From: Sulfolobales archaeon
GTDB lineage: Archaea; Thermoproteota; Thermoprotei_A; Sulfolobales; AG1
Reading direction: 5' to 3'
NCBI GenBank assembly: GCA_038867615.1
Contig: JAWBYA010000012.1
Span: forward strand, 1-24,071
Length of the DNA stretch: 24,071 bases
A program made the position numbers and the translations under genes. Below the pieces are notes generated by a model that searched no databases, was not told the origin of the DNA, and saw nothing but the letters and a program-made list of their open reading frames with translations. This document shows, piece after piece, positions 9,886 through 18,460 of this stretch; the stretch's first letter is position 1; every line of letters starts with the position of its first letter.

Positions 9886-10378
9886 CGCCCAGCTCCTTCC
9901 TAACAACATACTGTGCTAGCTTACTAAGTCTTCTAAACCTCTGTGGTCTAGACATCCTTATTCTCTCTACACACTTCTCGTTATTTGTTATGGTACAGTA
10001 GGCTAGGACGAAGATCTCTGCTATTGTTGTGTCCGTCCTCCCACTCCATATCTCCGTATATTTGCTAGCAAGGTTCCACACACCATCGCTGGGGACACCC
10101 ATGCTAGCCGCTAGGTTCGATATAAGGCTTCTAAGGCTCTCGATAAAGCCCATATACTCCCTATATCCTCCTCTCACAGTCTCCACACCTATATCCTTCC
10201 CACTAGCCATTGGTCTAGTATATTGGCTATCTATATATGATAATGAATATGTCCTATACTCCTCATACACGGTGCCACATCCTGGGCATACAACATAGCC
10301 AGTAGCATTATCCGTGATAGTCCTGGAACCGCAGATCCTGCATAGAATTAATGGAGGGGTTATCGAGGTTAGTGTCAT
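9857..10378 (-). CDS. Truncated TFB/TFIIB-like protein (173 aa): 4-Cys zinc ribbon plus a degenerate cyclin-like helical segment
   Basis: CRICGS...DNATGYVVCPGCGTVYEE is a TFIIB-type ribbon. ISNLAASMGVP...WSGRTDTTIAEIFVLAYC resembles the first cyclin repeat. Confidence 0.75.
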   Translation of the reverse strand: MTLTSITPPLILCRICGSRTITDNATGYVVCPGCGTVYEEYRTYSLSYIDSQYTRPMASGKDIGVETVRGGYREYMGFIESLRSLISNLAASMGVPSDGVWNLASKYTEIWSGRTDTTIAEIFVLAYCTITNNEKCVERIRMSRPQRFRRLSKLAQYVVRKELGDDYGKVLVP

Positions 10379-10393
10379 AGTCCCGCCTTCTCT

Positions 10394-11323
10394 CTATCTC
10401 TTAAAATAGATCGGATATCTCCTGCCATTAGCCTCATAGTCTATGAGGACATCGTAGGTTCCCATATAGTGTTTGGTGTATCTCATCTTCTTAACATACG
10501 CTATCCTCTCTATAACATCTCCCCTCTTCTTAGGGACTATCACTTCGAATGCTATTATCCCGCTTGCAATGTGCTCCAGCGGGAAGCCATAGGTTATACC
10601 TGTTGTTGATGAAACCTGTGCTGTCGCAACAACAGTTGTATATACCGCTGCCCTGCTCTCCTTATCCTTCTTAGATGGGCGGGAATAGATCCTCAAGATA
10701 GATAGTAGTGTTACCCCCATGTTCCTAGCAAGCGATGGAGCTCTCGCTATGAATGGGGATGTGCTGTCAAACACTATGAGCATCTCAACCCTATCCTTAC
10801 CCTCTGATGCAGCAGACTCCCCTACAGCGGATAGCAGCTCGTTAAACATTCTGTAAAGGGTTGCTGGGCTGAGAGGGCTTACGTATTTGCTCTCCTTGCC
10901 CTTTTCACTCATCTCACTCCTAATCATATCGGATAGCTGTGAGAATGAGTAGGCATCTACAAATATGGGCTGTGATATACTTAGCTTCTCACCCTCCTCT
11001 GGTCTGAAGTCCTGGAATTTGGGGAGGTCTATACCTAGCTTCCTAGCCTGCATTCTAACGTGGTATGATGTCATCTCACTCGATATATAGCATGCCCGCA
11101 TACCCTGAGAAATGGCATCACTCAAAATCTTTATAGCAGTTATGGTCTTCCCAGCACCTGGTGGGCCTGTTAGCAGTATTAGCTCTCTCTTTGGTATCCC
11201 GCCCTCAAGGTCTTCCGATAGCATGGGGATATCTATCTTTATCCTCTCAATATCGAAACCTTTCTCCTTCTCCTTCTTCTCCTCAACCCTTTCAGGGGTT
11301 GAATATACTTTAACACTCAACAT
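10394..11323 (-). CDS. KaiC/RAD55/GvpD-family (RecA superfamily) single-domain ATPase (~309 aa)
   Basis: GGIPKRELILLTGPPGAGKT (Walker A), YISSE (catalytic Glu), LIVFDS (Walker B) and C-terminal VKKMRYTKH KaiC-family signature. ATG 11323 follows GGTGGGT. Confidence 0.9.
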   Translation of the reverse strand: MLSVKVYSTPERVEEKKEKEKGFDIERIKIDIPMLSEDLEGGIPKRELILLTGPPGAGKTITAIKILSDAISQGMRACYISSEMTSYHVRMQARKLGIDLPKFQDFRPEEGEKLSISQPIFVDAYSFSQLSDMIRSEMSEKGKESKYVSPLSPATLYRMFNELLSAVGESAASEGKDRVEMLIVFDSTSPFIARAPSLARNMGVTLLSILRIYSRPSKKDKESRAAVYTTVVATAQVSSTTGITYGFPLEHIASGIIAFEVIVPKKRGDVIERIAYVKKMRYTKHYMGTYDVLIDYEANGRRYPIYFKR

Positions 11324-11360
11324 ACCCACCACTAATAACTACAAAAATGTTAATTGGATG

Positions 11361-11921
11361 CTAAGAACTGAACTCCTTAGGCTGGGGAGGGGTCAGACAT
11401 ATTTGTTTCCATAGCACTCCATATCTCTCTATTGTATTCATTATTATTGTGTGCAGGGTCTCCGCAACAGTATTGTCTATCAGCAGCAGCCCCAGCTCAA
11501 GGCTATTCTCATGTGATGTTAGGTTTGCAGATCCTATGAATGCTTTGTTATCGGCTATATAGACCTTCATGTGATTCCTCTTTTTACCTGTGAGCCAGAC
11601 ATCTATACCGTCCTTGCTAAGTATAGAGGCTGTCCTGCAGTTATGATCCTTAACATGGTTTGAATATGCATCAAGGATAATCGCTATATCTACACCCTTG
11701 GCATAGGCTCTCCTCAGAGCCTCTCTTATCTTGGCAGAGTAACTGCTCTTGGATATCGTCATTATATATGAGGATATCGAGATCCTCCTAACAGCCTCAT
11801 CTATTAGTGATAATATTGTTGCTGGTATATAGTCCTTTTGAACATTCCAGATAACATGTACCATTGTTTCGTGGTAACAGTAAGAACCTAGGCAGAGTTT
11901 TTCCAGAGTAATACCCCTCAT
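11361..11921 (-). CDS. Phospholipase D-superfamily protein with a single HKD motif (Nuc-like nuclease), 186 aa
   Basis: HMKVYIADNKAFIGSANLT matches HxK(x4)D(x6)GSxN. Also LIDEAVRRISISSY and ALRRAYAKGVDIAIILD, typical of PLDc_2. Confidence 0.9.
   Translation of the reverse strand: MRGITLEKLCLGSYCYHETMVHVIWNVQKDYIPATILSLIDEAVRRISISSYIMTISKSSYSAKIREALRRAYAKGVDIAIILDAYSNHVKDHNCRTASILSKDGIDVWLTGKKRNHMKVYIADNKAFIGSANLTSHENSLELGLLLIDNTVAETLHTIIMNTIERYGVLWKQICLTPPQPKEFSS
11368..11399 (+). repeat. Degenerate, internally deleted copy of the IS200/IS605-like end motif at 19604-19643
   Basis: CTGAACTCCT-TAGGCTGGGGAGG-GGTCAGACA here versus CTGAACTCCTCGTCCTTTAGGGCGGGGAGGAGGTCAGACA at 19604-19643. Confidence 0.55.
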
Positions 11922-11930
11922 ACGATCACC

Positions 11931-12479
11931 TCATGCTGAGAGTGGCAGAGACCTCGGAATAGATTCTCTATCCTCCAGCTCCATCCTCCTCATATGCTTC
12001 TTAGCCCTTTTCCTAGCACCTGGGTAGATCTTCTCTGCAGCCCACCAAGCAGCCTCCATACACCTCAGCATGTGCCTAGCCCTCTTCCCATCAGAGTTAG
12101 AGGCAAGCAAAATCCTCCTGATAGGGATATCAAACCCGTGTATCTCACAAGCAACCCTTATAGATGCTGCAACATAGACAGGGATCCTCGACCTCCTTAT
12201 AGCATTTGTATTCTCAAGCCTACCAGCAATAGCCATAGCAGTCTCCCTAACATAGCTGGGGAGCCCAAGCCTGCTAGAAGCCCTGAAAACCTCCCTTTGA
12301 AGCAGTCCGAAATACCTATCCATAGGGCTGTGGCTAGATACTGGTTTTCCATCCTCCCTTCTAACTACTGGGATATCCATTGATGGGATCCTTTCTTCGA
12401 TAACGAGACCACTATCCTCACAAATCAATGTGCCTGTAAATGGATCGAAGACAATGTTGCCACAGCCATCCACAGTCAA
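11931..12479 (-). CDS. Truncated TFB-like protein (~182 aa): 2-Cys ribbon plus one cyclin repeat
   Basis: GCGNIVFDPFTGTLICEDSGLVIEERI; LGLPSYVRETAMAI...YVAASIRVACEIHGFDIPIRRI. Start likely TTG 12479 (GGGGT SD); GTG 12473 is an alternative. Confidence 0.8.
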   Translation of the reverse strand: MTVDGCGNIVFDPFTGTLICEDSGLVIEERIPSMDIPVVRREDGKPVSSHSPMDRYFGLLQREVFRASSRLGLPSYVRETAMAIAGRLENTNAIRRSRIPVYVAASIRVACEIHGFDIPIRRILLASNSDGKRARHMLRCMEAAWWAAEKIYPGARKRAKKHMRRMELEDRESIPRSLPLSA

Positions 12480-12523
12480 AGACCCCTGCAGCAGAGCAAG
12501 CAAAAGCGTGGTTATAATGGAGT

Positions 12524-15199
12524 CTAGAGGTTGAGATCTTTAATCGCTATCTCATAGTGCATGTTAATTGAATCCTCTATGTATTTTCTTGAATCCTTCT
12601 CCTCGGAGTAGAGGGATATAAACGATAGGGAGAGATCCCATGGGAGTGCTACGGCTATTGCGAAGTTACTGAGCATCTGATCAACCCTTGTCAAGTCCTC
12701 CAGATGTGTTGCACCGCTGACAGCATCTGGGGTTAGCAATATATCTCTAACCTTGTTCCTTGTCTCCTCAGAGATTCTCTTATATTCATTCGGGTTTCTC
12801 CTATACCGCAGGGGTATCAATCCGTAGAGAATTCTGCACACCTTTTTGTAGTCCTGTGGAAGAGGCACTATATATAGACCCGAGATCCTGCCTACTCCGA
12901 GGTTTATGTTATAGTTTGGGAAGGATTCGGATATCCTGTAGATCGCCTCAAGAAACCTCGATATAACCTCTGCAATGCCATCTATACCTGGCATTCTCTG
13001 GAAGAAATAGAGGTTCATTGTTGCCTTGGGAGGCACACCTATTGATGCTGCGGCATCTGCCAGAGATATCCATGAGACCTCTCTCAGATTCACAGTCCTA
13101 ACAACTCTAGATACTGGGACACCTACTAAGTCCCCACATGCCTTTAGAACCTTGTATAGGAGGCATGTATATGGGTTGCCAACTGATATGGCTATCATTG
13201 GATATGGGTAGTTGAAGCCCTCCGCAGATACCTCCCCCCTGGCTACCATATCTGCGGCTGCATCCATCAATGCTGCTGTCTCCTCTGGCATGGATGCTAC
13301 TGCGGTTATCTCTCTATCGGTTGCACATCCACCTCTAGAGGATAGTATAGCCTCTATAACCTCCCTACCTGAGATGGGCAGCTGCTTCTCCCTATACCTG
13401 AGAACCAGGGTAACTTTCTGCTCGGTCTTAGGCTTGGAACCCCTCATATATGCTAGGGAGACGATGGTCATCAGAACTATCATTCCTATAGTGAGGAGTA
13501 TCCTCTGATCCTCGTAGAAATGCACAGCCTTTATAGGAACTCTATCTAGAACCAGTCCCCCGCTGACAATGTAGATAGATGCCCAGCTAGGTGGTGTAGG
13601 TATGCTGCTCCCATCAACTGGAGAGCCCATCATAAGCATCTTTATCCTGCTGAAGCTGATAGGGCTATCCACGGTAACCCTTGCACTAAAGAACTCTATG
13701 ACCTCGTTAATATTGTAATCCACAGATGGCTTCTCCATATAGCCGAGGGCAAATCTATATACCCTATCCCTGTATATAGCTTCGGCTATGTAGAGACCAT
13801 CAACCCTCGGAAGATCCAGCGATATAGGAGCCACGCCAGATCTATTCACCACCTCACGGAACACAGAGCCGTTATAGCTAGCCTCAAAAATCCTTATAGA
13901 TATAATAGAAATATTATCTGGCTTCTCAGTTGCATGCCTATATGCGGTGAAGAGTGCTGTGCATATATCCTTGCCACAGCTAGCCTCAACCCTCATAGGC
14001 TGGATTATCCTCACACCAAGGATTTCCCTGTCGGTCGTGAGCACAACACCTATGCTCTCCAAAGGCGGTAGCGGGTCTAGGAATCTAATACCCTTGAATG
14101 GTGGTATGCTCATTATCCCGATGCGCTCTGGGGGTAGCGATACAAGATCTAAATAGGATGCGAATGCAAGACCGAGAGGGGATCCAGCTCCAAGTACTGC
14201 GATCTTGTTCTTGGTATATACAACTGCTGGGAAGCCCGATTGATATCTGAAGAATATATGATCGACAAGAGCCATACATGATGGAACGGACTGGTAGAAG
14301 GCATAGCTTCGAAAGACACCTCCGAGTCCCAGGATATGGGCAAGCCTAAGATCCCTAGCACCTGTTATAGGGATTTCATCGCCTTGGAAAGCCCTGACAC
14401 ATTGGAAACCCCCGAAAAGGGTGTCAAGATTTCCACGACCAGTAACAACTATGCTGTTATTGGATATGGAGATCTCATATGGTCTTGAAACATACTCAGA
14501 TGATGTGAAACCTATATATATGCTTCCAGAGAACCCCATGTTCCTCATATACGAGAGCAGGTATTGACTTGGGTAGGAGTCTAGGAAAGCCATTCTTGAG
14601 CAGTTCATAAGCAGAGAGAGATTAGAGGTCTTAGATATATCTATCCTCACAATCTCTGGAACATATCTCTCAATACCAACACCCCTATCGGATGTGGGGA
14701 CTACATAGCATGTAACACCCCATGACACGGGTTTGAACACCATATACGCCCTACTTGGCAATGTTGCATTGAGGGCTATGTAAAGCTTGTTGTTTAGTAT
14801 AACGCTATAGATATTATCCAGGGAAGCCTTGTCAGGGATATCTACTAGTGTCTTCACCTCCCCACTCGTAGATCCTATAGAGTATATCTTGACCCTCTGC
14901 GGAGGGGATTGAGAGGATATGGGTATCTGGATAGGCTTCCCAGGTGATGCCCACAGTCCAACAGGCTCTAAATTGCCGTCATACTCTATTCCAGATATGT
15001 ATATATCGCTAGATGGATCCCCAGATAGTGTTAGATATACCGTGTATCCATTCTCTGTAAGATATACATAGGCATTATCAACAGCTATAGCTGGTGGGGG
15101 AGGGCTGGTGAATATCAAGGCTACATATACCATGAACCCAAACACGACTACGAAAGCCACAATAGAGGCTATCCTCTCTCTGGAAACCGAGCCATCCAA
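12524..15199 (-). CDS. Large membrane protein (891 aa): N-terminal TM, ~530-aa beta-rich external region, second TM at about aa 567-585, ~300-aa cytoplasmic tail
   Basis: Hydrophobic segments IASIVAFVVVFGFMVYVALIF and ILLTIGMIVLMTIVSLAYM followed by RGSKPK. TTG start with GGTG SD, 12 bp after the ParA/MinD stop. Confidence 0.8.
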   Translation of the reverse strand: MDGSVSRERIASIVAFVVVFGFMVYVALIFTSPPPPAIAVDNAYVYLTENGYTVYLTLSGDPSSDIYISGIEYDGNLEPVGLWASPGKPIQIPISSQSPPQRVKIYSIGSTSGEVKTLVDIPDKASLDNIYSVILNNKLYIALNATLPSRAYMVFKPVSWGVTCYVVPTSDRGVGIERYVPEIVRIDISKTSNLSLLMNCSRMAFLDSYPSQYLLSYMRNMGFSGSIYIGFTSSEYVSRPYEISISNNSIVVTGRGNLDTLFGGFQCVRAFQGDEIPITGARDLRLAHILGLGGVFRSYAFYQSVPSCMALVDHIFFRYQSGFPAVVYTKNKIAVLGAGSPLGLAFASYLDLVSLPPERIGIMSIPPFKGIRFLDPLPPLESIGVVLTTDREILGVRIIQPMRVEASCGKDICTALFTAYRHATEKPDNISIISIRIFEASYNGSVFREVVNRSGVAPISLDLPRVDGLYIAEAIYRDRVYRFALGYMEKPSVDYNINEVIEFFSARVTVDSPISFSRIKMLMMGSPVDGSSIPTPPSWASIYIVSGGLVLDRVPIKAVHFYEDQRILLTIGMIVLMTIVSLAYMRGSKPKTEQKVTLVLRYREKQLPISGREVIEAILSSRGGCATDREITAVASMPEETAALMDAAADMVARGEVSAEGFNYPYPMIAISVGNPYTCLLYKVLKACGDLVGVPVSRVVRTVNLREVSWISLADAAASIGVPPKATMNLYFFQRMPGIDGIAEVISRFLEAIYRISESFPNYNINLGVGRISGLYIVPLPQDYKKVCRILYGLIPLRYRRNPNEYKRISEETRNKVRDILLTPDAVSGATHLEDLTRVDQMLSNFAIAVALPWDLSLSFISLYSEEKDSRKYIEDSINMHYEIAIKDLNL

Positions 15200-15211
15200 A
15201 TGCTAACACCC

Positions 15212-16372
15212 TTACGAGAGCCAGGAGAGATCATTTATCAGCCCCTCGGAATAGAGTATATTTGCTAGTGATGCGCCAGCACCCCTTATCGTTATTAGGA
15301 TTGGGTGGATCTGTAGCTTCTCTGTCTGCTTATACCTAGCCCACACAGGGTCTGAAACAACTGGGTAGATCTTGCCAAGCTTTGATATCGAGGGGAAAAC
15401 CCTTGAAAGGGTCTGGTAGAACCATGTTGAGCTGAAGTTCTCTATATCAGACAGACTGACCTTATTAACTATAATCCCTCCAACACCTTTTCTAGAGATG
15501 ATCGAGTCGAAGCCCTTGAAAGTGCTGTAGAAACCCACAAGCTCCCCACTATAGTCTATCCCGCCCTGATGGCTACCGATATACTCAGTTACCAGGAAAG
15601 ATGCATCACTAATCACAGCAACTGTATTGACCCACTTGAACTGCCCCTTATACTGTTTAAGTCTATCGGTTGGTGGAAGATCTATGAATACTCTTGTAAC
15701 CCCCAGCTCATCAGCAATCCTCCTAAGGACATTCACAGAAGCCTTAGCACTATCCATAAGCTCCTCTGGGATGTTCTCATAGAACCTCTCCCTCTCAACA
15801 ACCATTATAGAGAGCGGGGATGCTGGGACAAGCAATATATCGCCTATATATATCAGAGGCTCATCGGCAGCCTCCTTACCAGGTGCTGGTATGTATAGCC
15901 TGTGATGATCTCTCCTAATCAGCAGAGGGCTATAATCCCTGAGATCCCTTGTAATCCTAAGCCTCGGGTTCTCCTCTATAGATGTCAATATCTTAGACGC
16001 ATCTCTCAACAGCTTCACAAAAGAGAATACATTGGCATCCGATAGATATCTATAAAGCTCCTCCCTAAGCCTGACATTCCTCATGCCAAGGCTCCAGAGC
16101 ATGATAGTTGTTGTGCTCATATTAGTTACATCCATATCAACAACCATGACCCTCTCACCAGCGGCAGACGCTATGAAGGAGGCACCTGTGCATAGCAGGC
16201 TCTTACCAGCACCACCCTTACTAGATGTGAAGGCAACAATAGTGGTTGTCTTAGCATAGCTAGGGGAAGGTTTTTCCTCAACAACACCTGCCCTTACATG
16301 AGACCCCTGCTTCTCCCCACTACCCTCCCTATCCTCTTTCTTACCGCCACGTTTGAAAATACTGAATATCAT
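15212..16372 (-). CDS. ParA/MinD-family ATPase (~386 aa)
   Basis: Deviant Walker A VAFTSSKGGAGKS, RVMVVDMD, VFIDLPP and GIIVNKV. Start moved to ATG 16372, which has a GCTTTTA box upstream at 16399-16405. Confidence 0.9.
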   Translation of the reverse strand: MIFSIFKRGGKKEDREGSGEKQGSHVRAGVVEEKPSPSYAKTTTIVAFTSSKGGAGKSLLCTGASFIASAAGERVMVVDMDVTNMSTTTIMLWSLGMRNVRLREELYRYLSDANVFSFVKLLRDASKILTSIEENPRLRITRDLRDYSPLLIRRDHHRLYIPAPGKEAADEPLIYIGDILLVPASPLSIMVVERERFYENIPEELMDSAKASVNVLRRIADELGVTRVFIDLPPTDRLKQYKGQFKWVNTVAVISDASFLVTEYIGSHQGGIDYSGELVGFYSTFKGFDSIISRKGVGGIIVNKVSLSDIENFSSTWFYQTLSRVFPSISKLGKIYPVVSDPVWARYKQTEKLQIHPILITIRGAGASLANILYSEGLINDLSWLS

Positions 16373-16446
16373 AGATATCCAAATACATACTGGTATAGTA
16401 AAAGCTTCCCAAGCATCACAGCTTTTCAACAATATATTACGAGACT

Positions 16447-16878
16447 ATGGGAGCTATAGATGTTATAGAGTTTCTAGTGGTTAAGAAAATGGCTGATAAG
16501 GAGAAGCTCATAGACCTGGTCGCCATGTATCTTGAGGATAAAATCAGACCTTCAGATGCAGAGAACTTTGGAATACCTAGAACCATATTAAGAGCCACAC
16601 TACAAAGGCTCTATGGGATGGAGACTAACAGAGGGAAACTAAGAGCAATTATTACGGGAGTAGCCCCAATTATTAAGGAGAAAGTGCCTATCATAATAAG
16701 TAATGATAACAGATGTAACATATGCAAAATCTGCGGGGAGAACCTAACCATGCGTAATATATTCCCAGAGGATCATATAAAGAAACATCATAGAAACCTC
16801 ATCAGAGAAAACCTGGAGAAGGTTGTCAATGAATATAGAAATGTAATCAAATCTAGAGCACTTCCAAGAACCCACTAG
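16447..16878 (+). CDS. Putative DNA-binding regulator with an HTH-like N-terminus and a C2H2 zinc finger (143 aa)
   Basis: CKIC-x13-HIKKHH; RPSDAENFGIPRTILRATLQRL is HTH-like. Transcribed divergently from the ParA/MinD gene. Confidence 0.7.
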   Translation: MGAIDVIEFLVVKKMADKEKLIDLVAMYLEDKIRPSDAENFGIPRTILRATLQRLYGMETNRGKLRAIITGVAPIIKEKVPIIISNDNRCNICKICGENLTMRNIFPEDHIKKHHRNLIRENLEKVVNEYRNVIKSRALPRTH

Positions 16879-16889
16879 ATCCCTTATTT

Positions 16890-16902
16890 GCTAAGCTTTT
16901 TA
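16890..16902 (+). promoter_or_regulatory. TATA-like promoter element GCTAAGCTTTTTA, identical to the copy at 18425-18437
   Basis: Exact 13-nt match upstream of both pilin-like genes. Confidence 0.6.
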
Positions 16903-16917
16903 ACTGGCTCTATCTAT

Positions 16918-17325
16918 GTGGGTAGAGCTGTGGAGGTTCCCGCAGCGTTAATATCTACAGTTGTTGTGATACTCACTATTACTGCTGTGCTCTCATACTA
17001 CTTCATCTACATACAGTCATACACAGTATTTACACCACCATCCTCTATTGTCTGCCTATATACTATATACCCATATGTAGATGGATCTATAGGGATAATG
17101 ATTAAGGTTGGCAATACTGGCAAATCAGTAGCGACTGTGAAAGCCGTAGCAATAGTAAACACTCCCAGGGGTAGCTATGTGTTTGAGAGTATTGAGAGCG
17201 CAGTACCCCCAGGAGGGATCGGGAATCTCTCTATAACAATACCAGCAACATACGCAATAGGCTCATCAATAGCAAAGGTAGTAGCATCATCCCTAGAAGG
17301 AACCACAGCCGTGTGCAGAGGATGA
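16918..17325 (+). CDS. Archaeal type IV pilin-like protein; start GTG 16918 (or GTG 16930)
   Basis: MGRA/VEVPAALISTVVVILTITAVLSYYF N-terminal hydrophobic helix; IKVGNTGKSVATVKAV...VPPGGIGNLSITI beta-sandwich motifs; two Cys. Confidence 0.7.
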   Translation: MGRAVEVPAALISTVVVILTITAVLSYYFIYIQSYTVFTPPSSIVCLYTIYPYVDGSIGIMIKVGNTGKSVATVKAVAIVNTPRGSYVFESIESAVPPGGIGNLSITIPATYAIGSSIAKVVASSLEGTTAVCRG

Positions 17326-17364
17326 GAAGTTTCAGCTTATTGGATATATTAATTGGATGGAGAT

Positions 17365-18390
17365 ATGTCCAGCAGAGATACTGATAGCGATAGTGCTAAG
17401 TGTGAGGAGATAATCTATGATTATAGAAGTGGTACTGTGATCTGTGCCGATAACGGGGTGGTGCTTGAGGAGAGGCTTGTTGATACGAGCCATTGGGAGA
17501 GAGTATATAGCCCTGATGAGGTTATTGAGAGGAGGCATCACGGATCTGCTGAATATGTTGTAACAGACAATGTCATCGGATCTATGATGGTGGTTAGAGG
17601 TGCTGGCGATATAACCAGAAGCAATACCACATCAATTGCTAAGATAACAGCATCTCAGATCCAGAGGTATAGGAATCTTCAGCGCAGGCATTCGATGATC
17701 AGCATAGCATCTGATATAAGGAATCTCAGAACATTCCTCGGAGAGGTTAGAAACATAGTTACCAGGCTTGGGCTTCCAGCTAGGTATGTTGATGAGGCTA
17801 GAAAGCTATATCTAGATCTCAAGAAAGCAGATGTGCTGCCAAAAGGGATTGCGATAAAGACAATTGCAGCAAGCATAGTAGCGTATATGGCTAAGAGGGA
17901 TGGTATCGCAGATCTTAGGGATGTTGCAAACACCCTGAGAGACGAGAGATCAAGGTTCCCAGCCAAGGAGATCTATGGGGTGTATAAGAGGATAGCCATG
18001 TTCCTCGGAGTGCCAAGAGGTATCAATACCGAGAAGATGATCAGCCTAATATCATCGAGGCTATCACTACCATTGTATATCGAGAACAAGGCGAAAGAGA
18101 TCTATAGAAGAGCATCAGAGATAGGCATAACTAGTGGGAAAAGCCCCAGAGTTATTGCCGCTGCATGTATATATATAGCATCTAGGATTGCTAACTATGA
18201 GATCTCTAAGAATAGTATTGCAAAAACCTGTGGAATAACAAATACCTCGATCAGAATAAGATCGGCAGACATAGCTCTGAAGATTGGGATAGATCATCCA
18301 GATCTTAAGATGGACAGCCAGGATAAGAGTGAAAAAGAGGAGAAGGATAGGAAAAAAGATTCAGGCAGGGTTAGAAAAACTGCCCACTAA
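17365..18390 (+). CDS. tfb: Transcription initiation factor B, full-length and divergent (~341 aa)
   Basis: 2-Cys ribbon KCEEIIYDYRSGTVICADNGVVLEERLVD; two cyclin repeats (RLGLP...KTIAASIVAY; RLSLP...TSGKSPRVIAAACIYIASR); C-terminal HTH. ATG 17365 follows GGAG. Confidence 0.92.
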   Translation: MSSRDTDSDSAKCEEIIYDYRSGTVICADNGVVLEERLVDTSHWERVYSPDEVIERRHHGSAEYVVTDNVIGSMMVVRGAGDITRSNTTSIAKITASQIQRYRNLQRRHSMISIASDIRNLRTFLGEVRNIVTRLGLPARYVDEARKLYLDLKKADVLPKGIAIKTIAASIVAYMAKRDGIADLRDVANTLRDERSRFPAKEIYGVYKRIAMFLGVPRGINTEKMISLISSRLSLPLYIENKAKEIYRRASEIGITSGKSPRVIAAACIYIASRIANYEISKNSIAKTCGITNTSIRIRSADIALKIGIDHPDLKMDSQDKSEKEEKDRKKDSGRVRKTAH

Positions 18391-18424
18391 CTAGAGCGGG
18401 GAGAGCATCACGATCACATTGATG

Positions 18425-18437
18425 GCTAAGCTTTTTA
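18425..18437 (+). promoter_or_regulatory. TATA-like promoter element GCTAAGCTTTTTA
   Basis: Identical to 16890-16902 and upstream of the second pilin-like gene. Confidence 0.6.
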
Positions 18438-18460
18438 CCTCTAGATATTTGCTCTAGGGA

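Noticed and set aside
10394-11323. Calling the ATPase radA, radB, arlH or a circadian kaiC
   Set aside because: It is single-domain, has no RadA N-terminal HhH domain, and no archaellum or kaiAB genes are present; only the family-level call is justified.
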